Part shown: positions 59,717 to 64,000 of the stretch, in pieces
Layout of the letters: the number at the start of each line of letters is the position of its first letter
Numbering within the stretch: position 1 is the first letter of the stretch
NCBI RefSeq assembly: GCF_009914755.1
Contig: NC_060925.1
Direction: 5' to 3' (one strand)
Origin: the human T2T-CHM13v2.0 reference genome, Homo sapiens
Length of the DNA: 64,000 nt
The notes under the pieces: generated by a model
What the model was told of the DNA's origin: nothing
The model's input: only the letters and a program-made list of their open reading frames with translations
Database searches by the model: none
Translations under genes and position numbers: made by a program

Positions 59717-60164
59717 CGTAGCAGGACCGGTGGCAGACAAAACCTCTCAGACACTGGTTTTAGGAAGGAAGAGGCTTTAATCAGCTGGGAGCATCAGTAG
59801 ACTTGCTTCTCAAGATCAGAGCTCCTGGAAGTAAACATTTCTGTCCCTTTTAAGGGCTTACAACTCTAAGGGGTCCACTTGAAAGGGTCATGATACATCG
59901 TGCCAGTGGGGGCTACGTGACTGAGAGCTACATGCATCAGCGATGGGGGCTAGCAGAACAGAGCAGAAAGTTTCACAATGCTTCTTCATCCAATGTCTGG
60001 AATCTATAAATAACACAAGCAGTTAGGTCAGGAGTTGATCTTTAACTACCAGGCCTGATTCTTGGCACCAAGCCATCTGCCTATTGCTCTCACTTCTACT
60101 TCTTCTTAACTTTTTGCTTCCTTTTCGAAACAGGAGACAATGGGAGAGGTGGTCTTCTTCCTTA
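59717..60164 (-). repeat. 5' LTR (LTR2 family), 448 bp
   Basis: TAAGGAAGAAGACCACC...CCTGCTACG on the - strand; CTTAAAA TATA-like box and ATTAAA present. Confidence 0.92.
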
Positions 60165-63100
60165 ATGGATTGGAAGAATTGGTGTTGTTAACCTTACCAG
60201 TCAAAGAAATCTGCCAATTCAATGCAATGTCTGTCAAATGATATTCTTCACAGAAATTGAAAAAATAATTCCAAAATTTATATGGAACCCCCAAAGACCC
60301 AGAATAGCTAAAGCGATCCTAGTCTGAAAGAACAAAACTGGAGGAATCACCTTGCCTTATTTCAAATTATACTATAGAGCAATAGTAACCAAAGCAGCGT
60401 GGTACTGGCATAAAAACAGACACATAGACTAATGAAACAAAATAGAGACCCTAGAAATAAGTTGATACATCTACAGTGAAATCATTTTTGACAAGGGTGT
60501 CAATAACGCATATTTGGGAAAAGACAGTCTCTTTAATAAATAGTACTGGAAAAACTGAATATCCATAGGCAGAAGAATGAAACTAGACCTCTATCTCTCA
60601 CCCTATAAAAAATGAAATCAAAATGGATTATAGGCTTAAATATAAGATGTCAAGCTATGAAACTTCTAAAAGAAAACATTGGGAAAACTATTCAGCACAT
60701 TAATCTGGGCAAATATTTCTTGAGTAATACCCCAAAAATACAGCCGATCAAAGCAAAAATGGACAAATGGGGTCACATCAAGTTAAAAAGTTTCTGCACA
60801 GTAAAGGAAACAATTAACAAAGTGAAGAGACAACCAGCAGAATGGGAAAAACTCTTGAAAACTATCCATCTTACAAGAGATCAAAAACCAGAACATATAA
60901 GGCGCTCAAACAACTCTATAGGAAAAAATCTAATAACCTAATTAAAAAATGGGCAAAAGATCTGAATAGACATTTCTGAAAAGAAGACATACGAATGGCA
61001 AACAGGCATATGAAAAGATGCTCAACATCACTGATCATCAGAGAAATGCAAATCAAAACTACAATGAGGTATCATCTCACTCCGGTTAAAATGGATTTAT
61101 CCAAAAGACAGGAAATAACAAATGCTGGTGAGAATATGGAGAAAAGGGAACCCTCATGCACTGTTATGGGATGTAACTAGTAGAGCCACTATGGATATCC
61201 GTGTGAAGGTTACTCTGAAAACTAAAAATTAAACTACCAGAACGACAATCCAGCCATCCCACTGCTAGGTATATACCCCAAATAAAGGAAATTAGTTTAT
61301 CAAAGAGATCTCTGCACTCTCATGTTTATGGCAGCACTATTCACAATAGCCAAGACTTGGAAGTAACCTAAGTTTCCATCAACAGACAAATGGATAAAGA
61401 AAATGTGGTATGTATACACAATGGAGTACTGTTCAGCCATAAAAAGAATGAGATCCTATCATTTGCAACAACATAGATGGAACTGGAGGACATTCTGTTA
61501 AGTGAAATAAATCAGGCACAGAAAGACAAATTTTGCATGTTGTCACTTGTTTGTGGGAGCTAAAAATTAAACTAATTGAGCTAATGGAGATGGAGAGTAG
61601 AAAGATGGTTACCAGAGGCTGTGCTGTGGTGGGGGATGGGGATGTGAAATGAGGATGGTTAATGGGTACAAAAATATACTTAGATGGAGTAAATAAGATC
61701 TAGTATTTGATAGCACAACAGGATGATTACAGCCAACAATAATGTATTGCACATTTTAAAGTAACTAAAAAGGTATAATTGAAATGTTTGTAACACAAAG
61801 AAAGGACGAATGCTTGAGGTATTGGAATACACCATTTATCCTGATGTGATTATTACACATTGTATGCCTGTATCAAAATATTTTGTGTGCCCCACAAATG
61901 TACACAGCTACTATGTGCCCATAAAGATTAAAAATTGAAAGAAAAAAGAGAATAAATGCTTAATTCTTTCCCTTTATCACTTTTAACAGGAAATTACAAA
62001 ACAATGTAATAATAAAATGTTAAAAGTTGAAAAATATCCTTTTAAAGCATTTAGAAACCCTGAGATTCTTTTTATAACTCGCAATTAGGTTAAACTATCA
62101 ATATCACTGTGCACATAATCTATTCTATTGCAGATTTATAAAAGCCAGACAGAGGACAATTATTAAGTATGATCTACTTGCTTTATAGTCCATTTGGATC
62201 TTTATCAACTACAATCTACTTACTTTAGAGTCCATTTTGATCTAGATGATCAAACAGTTTATCTTCTACTCAGGCGAAAGCAGGGGTGAAATATCAGATT
62301 ATGCTTACAAAGGAGAGAATAATACTGTTTTGACACTGTGGTGGAATTTGACCAAAAGTCATTGATAGGAAATTTCTTCTCTATCAAGTGGTGAGAATGT
62401 TTACTTCATAGCTAGGTATTGGGAAAGGGAAAGGAGAAGCATCACCCTGATATAAGAAGAAGTGAAGTGACTTGGGGTCTTTTTATTGTTTCCCTGCACT
62501 CAGTCCTCACCATCTCCTTTTTCACTAGTAAGCCATTTTGACTCATGAAAACAACAGCATTGAAGTACCAGAAGAAAAAACTACAGGTTTAGTTTTCCCC
62601 ATTTTTCATTTATTTATTTTACCATAGGACATAAAAGGCATTTATTTCAATGCAGACCGTAATACCCCAGTGAATAATTTTCCATGCCAGGACGAAGTCA
62701 TCAAAAGTTCTGAGATGCCTTAGAAAATAATGAGTTTTTCTTGCCTTTCTCTGCTCATCCCACTCCCCATTGTCTCCTTCCCCTGAAGAATTGTAGCATC
62801 AAGAGCTAATAAACTTTACTGAACACTCTGTCTTCCCTTGTGAGGTGCCAGGCATTGATTTTGTTCAAAATGCCATAGGTGGTGGCTACTTGCTCCACAC
62901 TCTATGCCAATCACTGGAATGACAGACAGCGTGGGAAGAAAGAGAACCAGAGAACTACAGTGCAGGGAGGGAAGGAGGAGGTGGGGGTCAGTTCTTTACC
63001 TGTAATAGTCTGCTCCATGACAAAAAGGCAGCCAGAACTGTGGTTTTCCAACTGACAGTGAAAAAGAAACATCCATACTGTAGAGAGAGTGCTATAACAT

Positions 63101-64000
63101 TCTATCCCTCCTTGTCTCAATTATTTTACTTTTGTTCCCCAAAGAAATGGTCAGTTGAAAATACCAAACTATGTTGGGCCAAAGGATCAGCTTAAATGTA
63201 GCTTCCATGCATGTGGGAATAAAGTAAGAAGGGGGCAGTCCAGCAGAAGCTGAAAGCGGGAAGTCGTATCAAGGAAAGACCACCTCAAAGTTTCACTGTG
63301 GCAACCCAATCCTGGAGAACAGGCAGAAAATGAATTCCAGCACAAATGTTAATGTAACAGGATAAGTGGGGGGAGGTTGCCCTTGGCAAGAGAACTAAGC
63401 ATGTTCATTTTTATAATATAAGAGAGAGAACGAGAAGGAGATTGTGTGCTAGCTCACCAGGTGCACTTTGCAAGCTTTCCCATTTCCCATTTCATTAGTT
63501 CCTCTAATATTATTGCAAGAGGCTTCAAAGCTATATATAAAGAGGCTTGCCATCCTGCTGGACTCATTTTGACTTCTGTTTGTATTTCATGGTTTGCCTA
63601 TTAAAAAATATTTTTGCCAGAGGAAAATAAGAAGCATTTCAGAAATGAGCGAGCTTCTATTTACAGAGGTCAGATGCAAAAGTAAATTTCCAGTAATGTT
63701 TTTTAGAACCTGTGTGTCATGGGTTTACACAACTTATGGTCAAGTGAAATGTTTGTAGCATCTATGTGATGCCTTAGTTTTTATATACTGTTGTTTTATA
63801 AATTAAATAAAAATGCCATGGCAGAATATTTAGAAGTAGGTCATGATTTCTTTTCATGTAAATGCAGTGGAACAAATTTTTAATTTTAATTCAGTTTTAA
63901 TTTTTTGTCTTTTTCCTAAAGAATGTGATTTGTCTCCAGTATTTTCTCACACCTGTACCTTCCCACCTCACCCCACTGACCTGCATCCCCTTCACTCTTA

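Larger units (their letters stand above)
53666..60164 (-). mobile_element. HERV-E provirus (LTR2 family), env/U3-deleted
   Basis: Two LTRs, tRNA-Glu PBS, gammaretroviral gag-pro-pol-env order. L1 ORF2 ccatgctcatg|gattggaagaa rejoins across it with ATG duplicated (CATG/AATG). Confidence 0.93.

Overview
This is primate (human-like) non-coding genomic DNA, dense in transposable elements. I find no cellular protein-coding exon, RNA gene or prokaryotic system. Nearly all ORF-track entries come from Alu, microsatellite, L1 or ERV sequence. The main structure is a near-full-length ancient L1 (L1MA3-like, + strand, ~47107-61950) sitting inside an older L1MC-type 3' fragment. It carries three Alus and a 6.5-kb HERV-E provirus on the - strand (53666-60164; LTR2 family, tRNA-Glu PBS). 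The provirus has decayed gag/pro/pol and a large env/U3 deletion that leaves a short, open, signal-peptide-bearing Env mini-ORF. Other elements include a solo LTR12F upstream of an inverted Alu pair, an AluSp with a post-insertion partial tandem duplication, a MADE1 hairpin, a Charlie1 transposase fossil with a nested MITE, HAL1, CR1/L3, and many MaLR/ERVL LTRs, L2s and MIRs. Subfamily names come from my recognition of consensus motifs, not from a database search. Boundaries of old elements are approximate.
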